Positions 8,855 through 16,857 of a DNA stretch of 64,000 bases are shown piece after piece. This DNA comes from Fibrobacter sp. (GTDB taxonomy: Bacteria; Fibrobacterota; Fibrobacteria; Fibrobacterales; Fibrobacteraceae). The stretch lies in NCBI GenBank assembly GCA_045616805.1, contig JAZLHK010000052.1, forward strand, positions 23,140 to 87,139, read 5' to 3'. Position 1 is the first letter of the stretch, and each line of letters begins with the position of its first letter. A model generated the notes under the pieces. The model saw nothing but the letters and a program-made list of their open reading frames with translations. It had not been told where the DNA came from and made no database searches. The translations under genes were made by a program, and so were the position numbers.

Positions 8855-9121
8855 CAGTTCTTTGGGAGTGAACGTAGCCCTGGGAACATCGTTCGTGCGA
8901 CGATTAACACAATAAGCGCAATCGTACTTGCAGGCATTGCTCAAAAGAACCTTTAAAAGAGAAACACAGCGACCGTCCGCCGCCCAGGTATGACAAATAC
9001 CCGCGCTGCAGGCGTTACCAAGCCCACCGCTCATGGCACGACGTTTGGACCCGCTAGAAGAACAAGACACATCGTACTTTGCCGCATTTGCAAGAATATT
9101 CAATTTTTCACGAACATCCAT
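8855..9121 (-). pseudogene. N-terminal fragment (89 codons) of a radical SAM DNA-repair gene paralogous to 1750-3024
   Basis: MDVREKLNILANAAKYDVSC...RATFTPKEL matches the intact gene at 77 of 89 residues by manual alignment. Many differences are synonymous. Homology ends at about 8855, abutting the GntR fragment. Confidence 0.85.
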
Positions 9122-9144
9122 ACCTAGATTCCACCTAATCAAAA

Positions 9145-9395
9145 GGCTCTGTCAAGCTAAAACATACCTTTTCACTCGGCTAGCAAAAGGTTTCTATTCC
9201 GTAAACCCGTTATAAATTGTTTATTTGCTGCACAATTACACTAAGTTCACTGTGGCGCAAAAGCCAGAAAAAACAGCAAAAATGCAGCTATACAATCGGG
9301 TTTGACAGAGCAACGGCGCCTTCGCAATCAAAATACAGACTTTTAAATGTATTTTCGCAGCAACGGCACCGTGTACGAAATGACTTGACACAGCC
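9145..9395. repeat. Intergenic repeat copy C (module present at both ends in inverted orientation)
   Basis: GGCTCTGTCAAG at 9145-9156. The inverted TTTTGCTAGCC module lies at about 9178-9195. GTTTGACAGAGC is at about 9300-9311. The 25-nt block at 9371-9395 is identical to 7367-7391. Confidence 0.75.
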
Positions 9396-9474
9396 AGCAA
9401 ACTAAAGTTAGGTGGCTTTGATATTTATGAATGGGGCGAAAAGGAGTTATATTTCTCCGATAGGAGGCCTCCTC

Positions 9475-11883
9475 ATGAACATTCGTCTGAAATCTTTCGC
9501 TCTTACAGCATGTTTTTTTGCGGCAGCTCTATTCTCCGCCTGTAGCGATGATAGTGGGAACAACAGTTCCAGACCAAACCAGGAATCATCTGGTATAACG
9601 GATTTGGAACTTCCCGATGGCAATGCAGTGGTCTGCGACGATGACATGGAAGGCGTCGTTGCCATTACCGTTGACGAAGGTTACCGCAAGTGCGTCGATG
9701 GCGAATGGGTAAAAATAACGGAGAATGACGCGCTAAATGCCGACAAAATTATCGGACAGATCGACAACATCACTTCCAGTGGCAGTGAGGAATCTAGTGG
9801 CAATAAGCCTATGGACTATTCTGCAGAAAAGTATGAAGACATTCCTTCATGTACTGCAAAACGCGAAGGTTCGACCGTATTGGTTGAGACTACTGGCAAG
9901 AAGTATGTCTGTGAAAGTGGAGAATGGCTTGCTCTTCAATCTACCGTAAAGTCGTCTTCTAGCGCCATGGACCATGGTAGTTCTTCAAGTGTTAATCAGA
10001 GTTCCGACAGCGTTAAGCCGAGCTCCAGCAGCAACAATCAGAGTTCCAGTTCGGACTTGCCTGTTGATGAAGAATCTTCTAGTAGCAAAGGTAATCCTGG
10101 CACACTCTTTAAGTGCGACGACGGAACGCTTGTTGCTCATGAGGAAAACTGCATTTCTCAATCCAGTAGCAGCGTGAGCGGGTCCAGCGACAGTGTCAAT
10201 TCGAGTTCATCGAGCGACATTCCGGCATCTTCCACGGCGCAACTAGACAAGGATATAAAGGCGGATGGCTACTACAAGACAAATTGTCCCGCCGGTAAGA
10301 CTTGCACTTACCTTTCTACAGAACATCTGAATCCAAATATTGCTTACGGCGAGTTCCTTGACACCCGTGACTACCAGGTGTATAAGACGGTGACCATTGG
10401 TTCTCAGACTTGGATGGCTCAAAACTTGAACTATGCCTATACGGGCGTAAAATTCAATTATGGTAGTTATGCTGACACTTCGGATTCCACAAGTTGGTGC
10501 CGAGGCAACAAAGCTGACTCCTGTTTAATTTATGGCCGCTTATACACTTGGGCTGCTGCCATAGATTCTGTCGCCTTGGCTAATGATGAGGATGACCCGC
10601 AGGACTGTGGTTATGGACGCAATTGTAGTAGAGCAAATGTATCTAACTCAGCCAAAAAAACAATTCAGGGTGTTTGCCCTGATGGTTGGCATTTGCCTAG
10701 CGTTTCTGAATGGGCCGTCCTGATCAGGTTTGAATCGGAGGATACGGGAGTAATCAGCACTATTGGTACGAGATTGAAAACAGCTGACGGCTGGAGAGAT
10801 GATGAAGGGCGAAGTGGAAATGGAATAAATGCCTATGGTTTTTCGGCTCTCCCTGCGGGCGTGAGGTATTACTATAGAGAATTCTCCCCAATCGGTTTCT
10901 ACACTAACTTCTGGTCTGCCACTCAATATACTGCAAGTTATAGTAGTGACTACAGTAAAGCTTACTACGCAAAGATTAGTTATCATAAATCCAGCGCCGA
11001 TACGGAGATTGGCGAAAAATTCACCGGATTCTCCGTTCGCTGCATTAAGAATTCCAACAATGAGGGTGGAGAATCTATTGCTTCAAGTTCCAGCGCAAAT
11101 GTCGTTCCAGAACCTGTTGCAGAAATAAAGGCTAGCGGCTATTACAAGACAAATTGCCCCGCCGGAAAGACTTGCAAATATGCTCCTACAGAACACTTGA
11201 ATCCAAATATCACCTATGGCGAGATTCTGGACACCCGTGACTACCAGGTGTACAAGACTGTGACCATCGGTTCCCAGACTTGGATGGCCCAAAACTTGAA
11301 TTATGCGGACTTTATTGCAACACCCAGTCTTACGGATCATTGCTGGTGCTATTTCTTGTCGGCAGACTCCTGTGCTGTTTATGGTCGTCTCTATACCTGG
11401 GCTGTGGCCATCGACTCTGTTGCCTTGGCCAAAGAAGGGCATACCTGCGGCAGAGGGACAAAATGTGAACGTCTATCCTACGAAAACCTTAAAAGCAACC
11501 CGATTCGGGGGCTGTGTCCCAACGGCTGGCATCTGCCTAGCAATCATGAATGGGCTGTTCTGTTTAAGTCGGACGCTATAAGTGATTCGCACGAAGGTAC
11601 GAGTTTGAGAGCAACCAGTAGGTGGGTGAGCGATGGTGACTTCTATGGCCCTTATGGCACTGATACTTATGGCTTTGCGGCTCTCCCTGCCGGCTATTCC
11701 TACCTTCACGATTCATTCACTGGAATTAGACTACTTACCCGTTTCTGGACCGCCAGAGATGCTGGCTCTGACAAAGGAGAAGAGACCGATTACATAGCCT
11801 TGGATCACAAAGGTAAGGTCGAGGCGATGTATCAAGAAAAGTTCCATGGGTCATCTGTTCGTTGTATTAAAGATTCCAACTAG
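9475..11883 (+). CDS. Lipoprotein with two Fibrobacter succinogenes major paralogous domains (TIGR02145-like)
   Basis: RBS TAGGAGG at 9461-9467 precedes ATG 9475. Lipobox LFSAC. Ser-rich linkers. Two copies of the motif set YGRLYTW / CPxGWHLPS..EW / GF.ALPAG / FW.A / SVRCIK. Confidence 0.85.
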   Translation: MNIRLKSFALTACFFAAALFSACSDDSGNNSSRPNQESSGITDLELPDGNAVVCDDDMEGVVAITVDEGYRKCVDGEWVKITENDALNADKIIGQIDNITSSGSEESSGNKPMDYSAEKYEDIPSCTAKREGSTVLVETTGKKYVCESGEWLALQSTVKSSSSAMDHGSSSSVNQSSDSVKPSSSSNNQSSSSDLPVDEESSSSKGNPGTLFKCDDGTLVAHEENCISQSSSSVSGSSDSVNSSSSSDIPASSTAQLDKDIKADGYYKTNCPAGKTCTYLSTEHLNPNIAYGEFLDTRDYQVYKTVTIGSQTWMAQNLNYAYTGVKFNYGSYADTSDSTSWCRGNKADSCLIYGRLYTWAAAIDSVALANDEDDPQDCGYGRNCSRANVSNSAKKTIQGVCPDGWHLPSVSEWAVLIRFESEDTGVISTIGTRLKTADGWRDDEGRSGNGINAYGFSALPAGVRYYYREFSPIGFYTNFWSATQYTASYSSDYSKAYYAKISYHKSSADTEIGEKFTGFSVRCIKNSNNEGGESIASSSSANVVPEPVAEIKASGYYKTNCPAGKTCKYAPTEHLNPNITYGEILDTRDYQVYKTVTIGSQTWMAQNLNYADFIATPSLTDHCWCYFLSADSCAVYGRLYTWAVAIDSVALAKEGHTCGRGTKCERLSYENLKSNPIRGLCPNGWHLPSNHEWAVLFKSDAISDSHEGTSLRATSRWVSDGDFYGPYGTDTYGFAALPAGYSYLHDSFTGIRLLTRFWTARDAGSDKGEETDYIALDHKGKVEAMYQEKFHGSSVRCIKDSN

Positions 11884-11918
11884 AATAGATTGTAATTCCT
11901 TGTAAAGGAGTAGTTTTT

Positions 11919-13244
11919 ATGAACTATCGCTTGAAATTTTTAGTCCTTGCAACATTTTTATTTGCGGCAGCTCTATTCTCCGCCTGTGGCGAAGATAGTG
12001 GAAATAACAGTTCCAAGCCAAATCAGGAATCTCCTGGTGCGGCGAATTTAGAACTTGCCGATGGTAAGATCGTGGCCTGCGACGACGACATGGAAGGTGT
12101 CGTTGCCATTACTGCAGACGATGGCTACCGAAAGTGCGTCGATGGCGAATGGGAGAAAATAAAGGAGAATGACGCGCTAAATTCCGACAAAATTATGGGC
12201 CAGCTCGAAGACGATGTTACCTCCAGTAGCAGCGAGGACTCTACGGCCCAATCATCTTCTAGTACAGAGACTTCTTCTGACAAGAATCAGTCATCTTCCA
12301 GTACTGGGATTTCTTCTGAGGAAAATCCATCCAGCAGTAGTAAGGATGATTCTAGTGAAATTTCCAGTTCTTCGGCAATCTCCTCAAGCAGCTCTGAAAA
12401 AAACGGCGTCATTCCGGAATCCAGCAGTCAGAGCATATCTGCAAAAGTTATGCCTGCAGGCTACTATCGTGAACACTGTCCCGCTGGTTATGAATGCAAG
12501 GATGCCACATCTTCAGAATACCTGAATCCTTCGGTAAATTATGGCGAATTTTTAGACACTCGTGATAGCCAGGTTTACAAGACTGTTGTTATATGCAATG
12601 AGGAGGATGGTACAAACTGTCAAACTTGGATGGCAGAGAACTTGAACTATGCTTACAGGGGAGTGAAGTTCCGATATGTTAGTAAACTTGAAAACTATAC
12701 CTTAGATTCCACCAGCTGGTGCTATGACGATGACCCGAATAACTGCGCTATCTACGGTCGCCTGTACTCCTGGACTGCTGCTATGGACAGTGCAGGTATT
12801 GCGGACTCGACCAAATCCGGCAAACGCTGTGGCACGGGTGTATTTTGCAAGGCCGCGTCTGAAAATTCCACGGCTGTTGTGCGCGGCGTATGCCCCGAAG
12901 GCTGGCATTTGCCCCGCAGTGCGGAGTGGAACGTTCTCTTTGAAAACATAGGTGGAATTAGTGTTGCAGGCTTGAAACTGAAGTCGACTTCCGACTTGTG
13001 GCGTATGGAAGATCCTGGTGTGGATAAGCATGGTTTCTCTATTCTTCCTGCCGGATCACATGAGCATGAACGAGATTTTGTAGATGCTGGCCTATATGCT
13101 TATTTTTGGAGTTCCACAGAACATATGGAGAGTAGCGTTGGTGCTCAAACAAAGATGTTCTTTTATTTTTCTAAAGTTGTTGCTCTATTTAACCGCAGTA
13201 AGAGCTTTGGGTACTCTGTTCGCTGCCTTAAGGATTCTCTCTAG
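11919..13244 (+). CDS. Lipoprotein with one Fibrobacter succinogenes major paralogous domain
   Basis: RBS AAAGGAG. The N-terminal roughly 95 aa are nearly identical to those of the upstream gene. Motifs YGRLYSW, CPEGWHLPRSAEW, GFSILPAG and SVRCLK are present. Confidence 0.85.
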   Translation: MNYRLKFLVLATFLFAAALFSACGEDSGNNSSKPNQESPGAANLELADGKIVACDDDMEGVVAITADDGYRKCVDGEWEKIKENDALNSDKIMGQLEDDVTSSSSEDSTAQSSSSTETSSDKNQSSSSTGISSEENPSSSSKDDSSEISSSSAISSSSSEKNGVIPESSSQSISAKVMPAGYYREHCPAGYECKDATSSEYLNPSVNYGEFLDTRDSQVYKTVVICNEEDGTNCQTWMAENLNYAYRGVKFRYVSKLENYTLDSTSWCYDDDPNNCAIYGRLYSWTAAMDSAGIADSTKSGKRCGTGVFCKAASENSTAVVRGVCPEGWHLPRSAEWNVLFENIGGISVAGLKLKSTSDLWRMEDPGVDKHGFSILPAGSHEHERDFVDAGLYAYFWSSTEHMESSVGAQTKMFFYFSKVVALFNRSKSFGYSVRCLKDSL

Positions 13245-13402
13245 ATTTTTCAAACCGTATTCTGGTTTACAAACCTGCTACAGCAATTCTTCCGATACGG
13301 CGTTAGCCATGGCTTCGTAGACTTTTCATTAATTATTATTTTTTATAATTCTTATCTCAAACGTCATTTTTGATTTTTAGGAATATTTTTTTAGGGTCAT
13401 CT

Positions 13403-15487
13403 ATGGAAAAATTCAAAATTTTCAGCATGGTCTCTACTATATGCGTAGTGCTGAATGCCTGCGGTGGAGATGAATCTTCCGACAAGTCATCTCCAGTTGC
13501 AGGCAACGATAATGGTCGTGAGGTCGACACAATATACGACTTGGGCCGTTGTACTTTGGAACGCGAAGGCGATACCGTTTATGTTGCCGAGAAAATGACG
13601 GATTATCTGTGTGTTAACAAAACATGGGAAAAAATCACGAACGAAAAAATTGATTCGTCATCAGACGATGGCGTTGGCCGCGAGCCGGAATCCAAATCGT
13701 CCTCTTCTGTAAAGGACGCTTCAAATGACGAGAACGGTGAACATTCCTCTAGTAGCGATGTGTCAGAAAATCGATCCAGTTCGTCTGTTACAGGCGACTC
13801 CGCAGGAAACGACAATAGCGATGATGGCAGTTCTTCCTCGCAAGCATCGTCATCTTCAAAGGATAACTCTGACCCGAATTACCAAGGCCCTGAAATTTCT
13901 CCTTCCTGCCAAGAACCTTCCTATACAACCACACTGGCCGAACCGCTTAGAAAGTGGGGCTATTTTGGATACGTCTTGCCAATGAAGGTTTCTACAGGTT
14001 CCACACAGATATTGGCTTTAGGTTTTAAGGAAAGGTATGCCATAATTACCGGTCCCACGTCATGGAATGGCTTTGGCATCATGATTGCTCAAAAAAGCGA
14101 AACAGATGGCTGGGTAAAAGGAACGGAATTATTCTCAAAGGAAACCCAGTCCATTAATCGTGGGGAACTGATGACGGGTGGCCATTACGTCACGATGACT
14201 TTCGATAAGACGGATTCCTGGCTATCTGGCAAGGATGGCAAAATGGTTGAGGTTGTCGTTCATTTCTATAACCCTGCCGTCAAGAGTGATTCTTCAGGAA
14301 CTGGATTCGACTATTACTCCATTCCACAAACGGATGCGCCGTCGCTGTATTTCAGCTTCGCGGATGAAGACTGCTTTGCTGTTCGCTACGGAAAATTCAC
14401 CGATCCCAGAGACGGTCAATCCTATAAGACTATTGATTTTGCTGGACGAACATGGATTGCAGAAAACATGAACTACAAGACGCCGAATTCCTGGTGCGGT
14501 GGCGGCGTCGGCACTTTTGGTGGTGATTGCGACAATTATGCCAGATTATATACGTGGGAAGAATCTGAAGCTGCATGTCCTGAGGGATGGCATTCCGCTA
14601 CAAACTTAGAGTGGGAAAAGGCTTATGAAGACGGTGGACGTCACCCGCAAGATTTTATGTCAAAAACTGGTTGGACAATTACGAGCCTGCGACCCACGGA
14701 TGAATACGGATTTTCTATTAAGCCAACTGGCATGATTAGTGGATCAGGTTTCTCCAACACGGGTAATGTCGCTTATTTCTGGTCTTATCCTGAAATGACA
14801 CAGGATTCTGCATATGCCTATACGTTCGCGTCAGTCGATGCCTTCCCAAAGTCTTACGGATTTCCTGTACGTTGTATCCGAGATACGGTAATGTTTAAAA
14901 CCGCAGTTCCTCCTCCAGGAAAGTATGACTGCAATACATATAAGTGTGTTCCGTATTTTTACCTAAACCAGCAGATGCTCGCTAATGGCGAATACGGCGA
15001 ATTACTTGATACTCGAGATAGCACCGTGTATAGAACCGTAAAGATTGGAAATCAAAATTGGATGGCCCAGGATTTAGTCTATGCACCTGATAGTAAAAAG
15101 GTGTCAAAGCCAATCTGCATGTATCATGACGGGAAGTCTCGCTGCGTGATGTATGACCGGCAATATATAGATATGCGAACACTCGGAGCTTGCCCCTCGG
15201 GATGGCATGTTCCTACCGTTGAAGAATGGGAAATAATGTTTGATGTCGCAGGTTTTGGCATATACTCCAATAGGAATTGGGGTGGATTCACCACAGAATT
15301 CCACAACGAAAGTGGCCTGTCCATATATCCTTCTTCAATTGGTGCTAAAGAAAAGGTATATTGGACCCAAGACAGGGCGAATTCCGTTGACTTCTATAGA
15401 TGGAGATTTTATGAAAAAATTTACAGTACGAAAGACGAACTATACGATGGATATTTCAGTAGCATTCGCTGTGTAGAGGATGACTAG
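13403..15487 (+). CDS. Lipoprotein with two divergent Fibrobacter succinogenes major paralogous domains
   Basis: Start MEKFKIFSMVSTICVVLNAC (lipobox). Motifs YARLYTW, CPEGWH, GFSIKPTG, FPVRCIRD, and later CPSGWHVPTVEEW and SIRCVED. Confidence 0.8.
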   Translation: MEKFKIFSMVSTICVVLNACGGDESSDKSSPVAGNDNGREVDTIYDLGRCTLEREGDTVYVAEKMTDYLCVNKTWEKITNEKIDSSSDDGVGREPESKSSSSVKDASNDENGEHSSSSDVSENRSSSSVTGDSAGNDNSDDGSSSSQASSSSKDNSDPNYQGPEISPSCQEPSYTTTLAEPLRKWGYFGYVLPMKVSTGSTQILALGFKERYAIITGPTSWNGFGIMIAQKSETDGWVKGTELFSKETQSINRGELMTGGHYVTMTFDKTDSWLSGKDGKMVEVVVHFYNPAVKSDSSGTGFDYYSIPQTDAPSLYFSFADEDCFAVRYGKFTDPRDGQSYKTIDFAGRTWIAENMNYKTPNSWCGGGVGTFGGDCDNYARLYTWEESEAACPEGWHSATNLEWEKAYEDGGRHPQDFMSKTGWTITSLRPTDEYGFSIKPTGMISGSGFSNTGNVAYFWSYPEMTQDSAYAYTFASVDAFPKSYGFPVRCIRDTVMFKTAVPPPGKYDCNTYKCVPYFYLNQQMLANGEYGELLDTRDSTVYRTVKIGNQNWMAQDLVYAPDSKKVSKPICMYHDGKSRCVMYDRQYIDMRTLGACPSGWHVPTVEEWEIMFDVAGFGIYSNRNWGGFTTEFHNESGLSIYPSSIGAKEKVYWTQDRANSVDFYRWRFYEKIYSTKDELYDGYFSSIRCVEDD

Positions 15488-15530
15488 AAGATATTGCAAA
15501 AGCAAAAACTGTCATCCCTGTTTCGAACAA

Positions 15531-15557
15531 GGAAGTCCTGTGGACTTCCTTTTTTTA
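15531..15557 (+). terminator. Rho-independent terminator after the lipoprotein cluster
   Basis: GGAAGTCC-TGT-GGACTTCC followed by TTTTTTT. Confidence 0.8.
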
Positions 15558-15668
15558 TTCACAAATTGCATAACAATCAATACAATTTTAACGCTTTGAC
15601 ATTTTATACATTAGTTTACTCATCAAACTCAATATAAATTCATATTCGGTGTACGGAAGGGGAACAAA

Positions 15669-16793
15669 ATGACTATTAAAAAAGCAATTTCTCTTATCGC
15701 TATCGCAGCGGCGGCAACCATGGCAAAAGACTATTCCGGTGCAGAACTTTACACTCTGGACGAATACATGTACGGCAAGTACGAAGCCCGTATGTACATG
15801 GGAGCAACCTCCGGAACCATCAGTTCCATGTTCCTATACCACAATGGGTCCGAAAATGGAACTGGCCCCTGGGTTGAAGTTGATATTGAAGTATTGGGAA
15901 AAAATCCCAATAGTTTCCAGTCCAACATCATTACGGGAAGAGCTGGAGCCCAGATCACAAGCGAAGAGCATCATTCCATAAACCCAGCGGCAAACGCCGG
16001 CTTCCATACTTATGGTCTTGAATGGACCCCAAACTATGTTCGTTGGACCGTGGACGGGGTCGAAGTCCGCAAGACAGAAGGTGGACAGGTTTCCGATCTT
16101 AAGCTGACTCAGGGTCTGCGTTTCAACCTGTGGTCCCACGAAGATGCCGGTTGGGTCGGCCCATGGGATGACAGCAAGCTTCCCATCTTCCAGTTCATCA
16201 ACTGGGTTAAGGCATACAAGTACACTCCGGGCCAGGGCGAAAATGGTTCCGACTTTACCCTGGACTGGACAGACAACTTTGACACTTTTGACGGTTCCCG
16301 CTGGGGCAAGGGCAACTGGAGCTTCGAAGGCAACCGAGTGGACCTTACCGAAAACAACATCTACTCCAGGGATGGCATGCTGATCCTTGCCCTCACCAAG
16401 AAGGGGCAGGAAATGTTCAACGGTGTAGTTCCCCAGGACAATGAATCCGCTGCCGTTGTAACACCGAGCAGCTCCAGTGAAGCACAGCAGGCGAATTCCT
16501 CTTCTGCCACAAATCCCTGGGAACAGCAGTCTTCCTCCTCTGTTGCCACGAACCCCTGGGAACAGCCAACTTCATCTGCAGCCACTCCGACAAACAGTTC
16601 CTCCAGCGTTAATCCCTGGGAACAGCCTGCAAGTTCCGCATCAGAGCAGGAAATTACCCCGCCACAGGCAATCCAAAGGCACATTCCTGCAGAACTGAAC
16701 ACGATGAAGAAAGACCGCGGAACCTTCAATGCAAAGGGCGAACGCATAAACAAGTCTAACGCCAGTCGTTACCGTGTAGACTTCGATCTGTAA
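15669..16793 (+). CDS. GH16 beta-1,3-1,4-glucanase (lichenase), circularly permuted Fibrobacter type, with repeat linker and basic C-terminal domain
   Basis: 374 aa. It is near-colinear, from memory, with the F. succinogenes lichenase (FSGAELYTL..., PWVEVDIEVLGKNP, HTYGLEWTPNYVRWTVDG, LFQFINWVK, DFTLDWTDNFDTFDGSRWGKG). The linker contains NPWEQ three times. The tail is basic. Confidence 0.9.
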   Translation: MTIKKAISLIAIAAAATMAKDYSGAELYTLDEYMYGKYEARMYMGATSGTISSMFLYHNGSENGTGPWVEVDIEVLGKNPNSFQSNIITGRAGAQITSEEHHSINPAANAGFHTYGLEWTPNYVRWTVDGVEVRKTEGGQVSDLKLTQGLRFNLWSHEDAGWVGPWDDSKLPIFQFINWVKAYKYTPGQGENGSDFTLDWTDNFDTFDGSRWGKGNWSFEGNRVDLTENNIYSRDGMLILALTKKGQEMFNGVVPQDNESAAVVTPSSSSEAQQANSSSATNPWEQQSSSSVATNPWEQPTSSAATPTNSSSSVNPWEQPASSASEQEITPPQAIQRHIPAELNTMKKDRGTFNAKGERINKSNASRYRVDFDL

Positions 16794-16816
16794 TTTTTTT
16801 CATAAACACCCAAAAG

Positions 16817-16847
16817 ACTGCGTGGCAATTGCCGCGCAGTTTTTTTA
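16817..16847 (+). terminator. Rho-independent terminator after the lichenase gene
   Basis: Stem ACTGCG/CGCAGT with an inner GGCAATTGCC palindrome, followed by TTTTTTT. It overlaps the 5' extension of ORF 16822, which argues for the ATG at 16858. Confidence 0.7.
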
Positions 16848-16857
16848 TTTTAAGTAC

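Noticed and set aside
9475-15487. A diversity-generating retroelement targeting the lectin-like repeated domains of the lipoproteins.
   Set aside because: The window has no reverse transcriptase. No template/variable repeat pair has adenine-specific mismatches. Differences between the repeated segments involve all four bases.
3025-16857. Integron or gene-cassette array, with the GGCTCTGTCAAG modules acting as attC sites.
   Set aside because: There is no integrase. The modules lack the attC R''/L''-L'/R' structure and GTTRRRY cores. The cassette genes are in mixed orientation and have their own signals.
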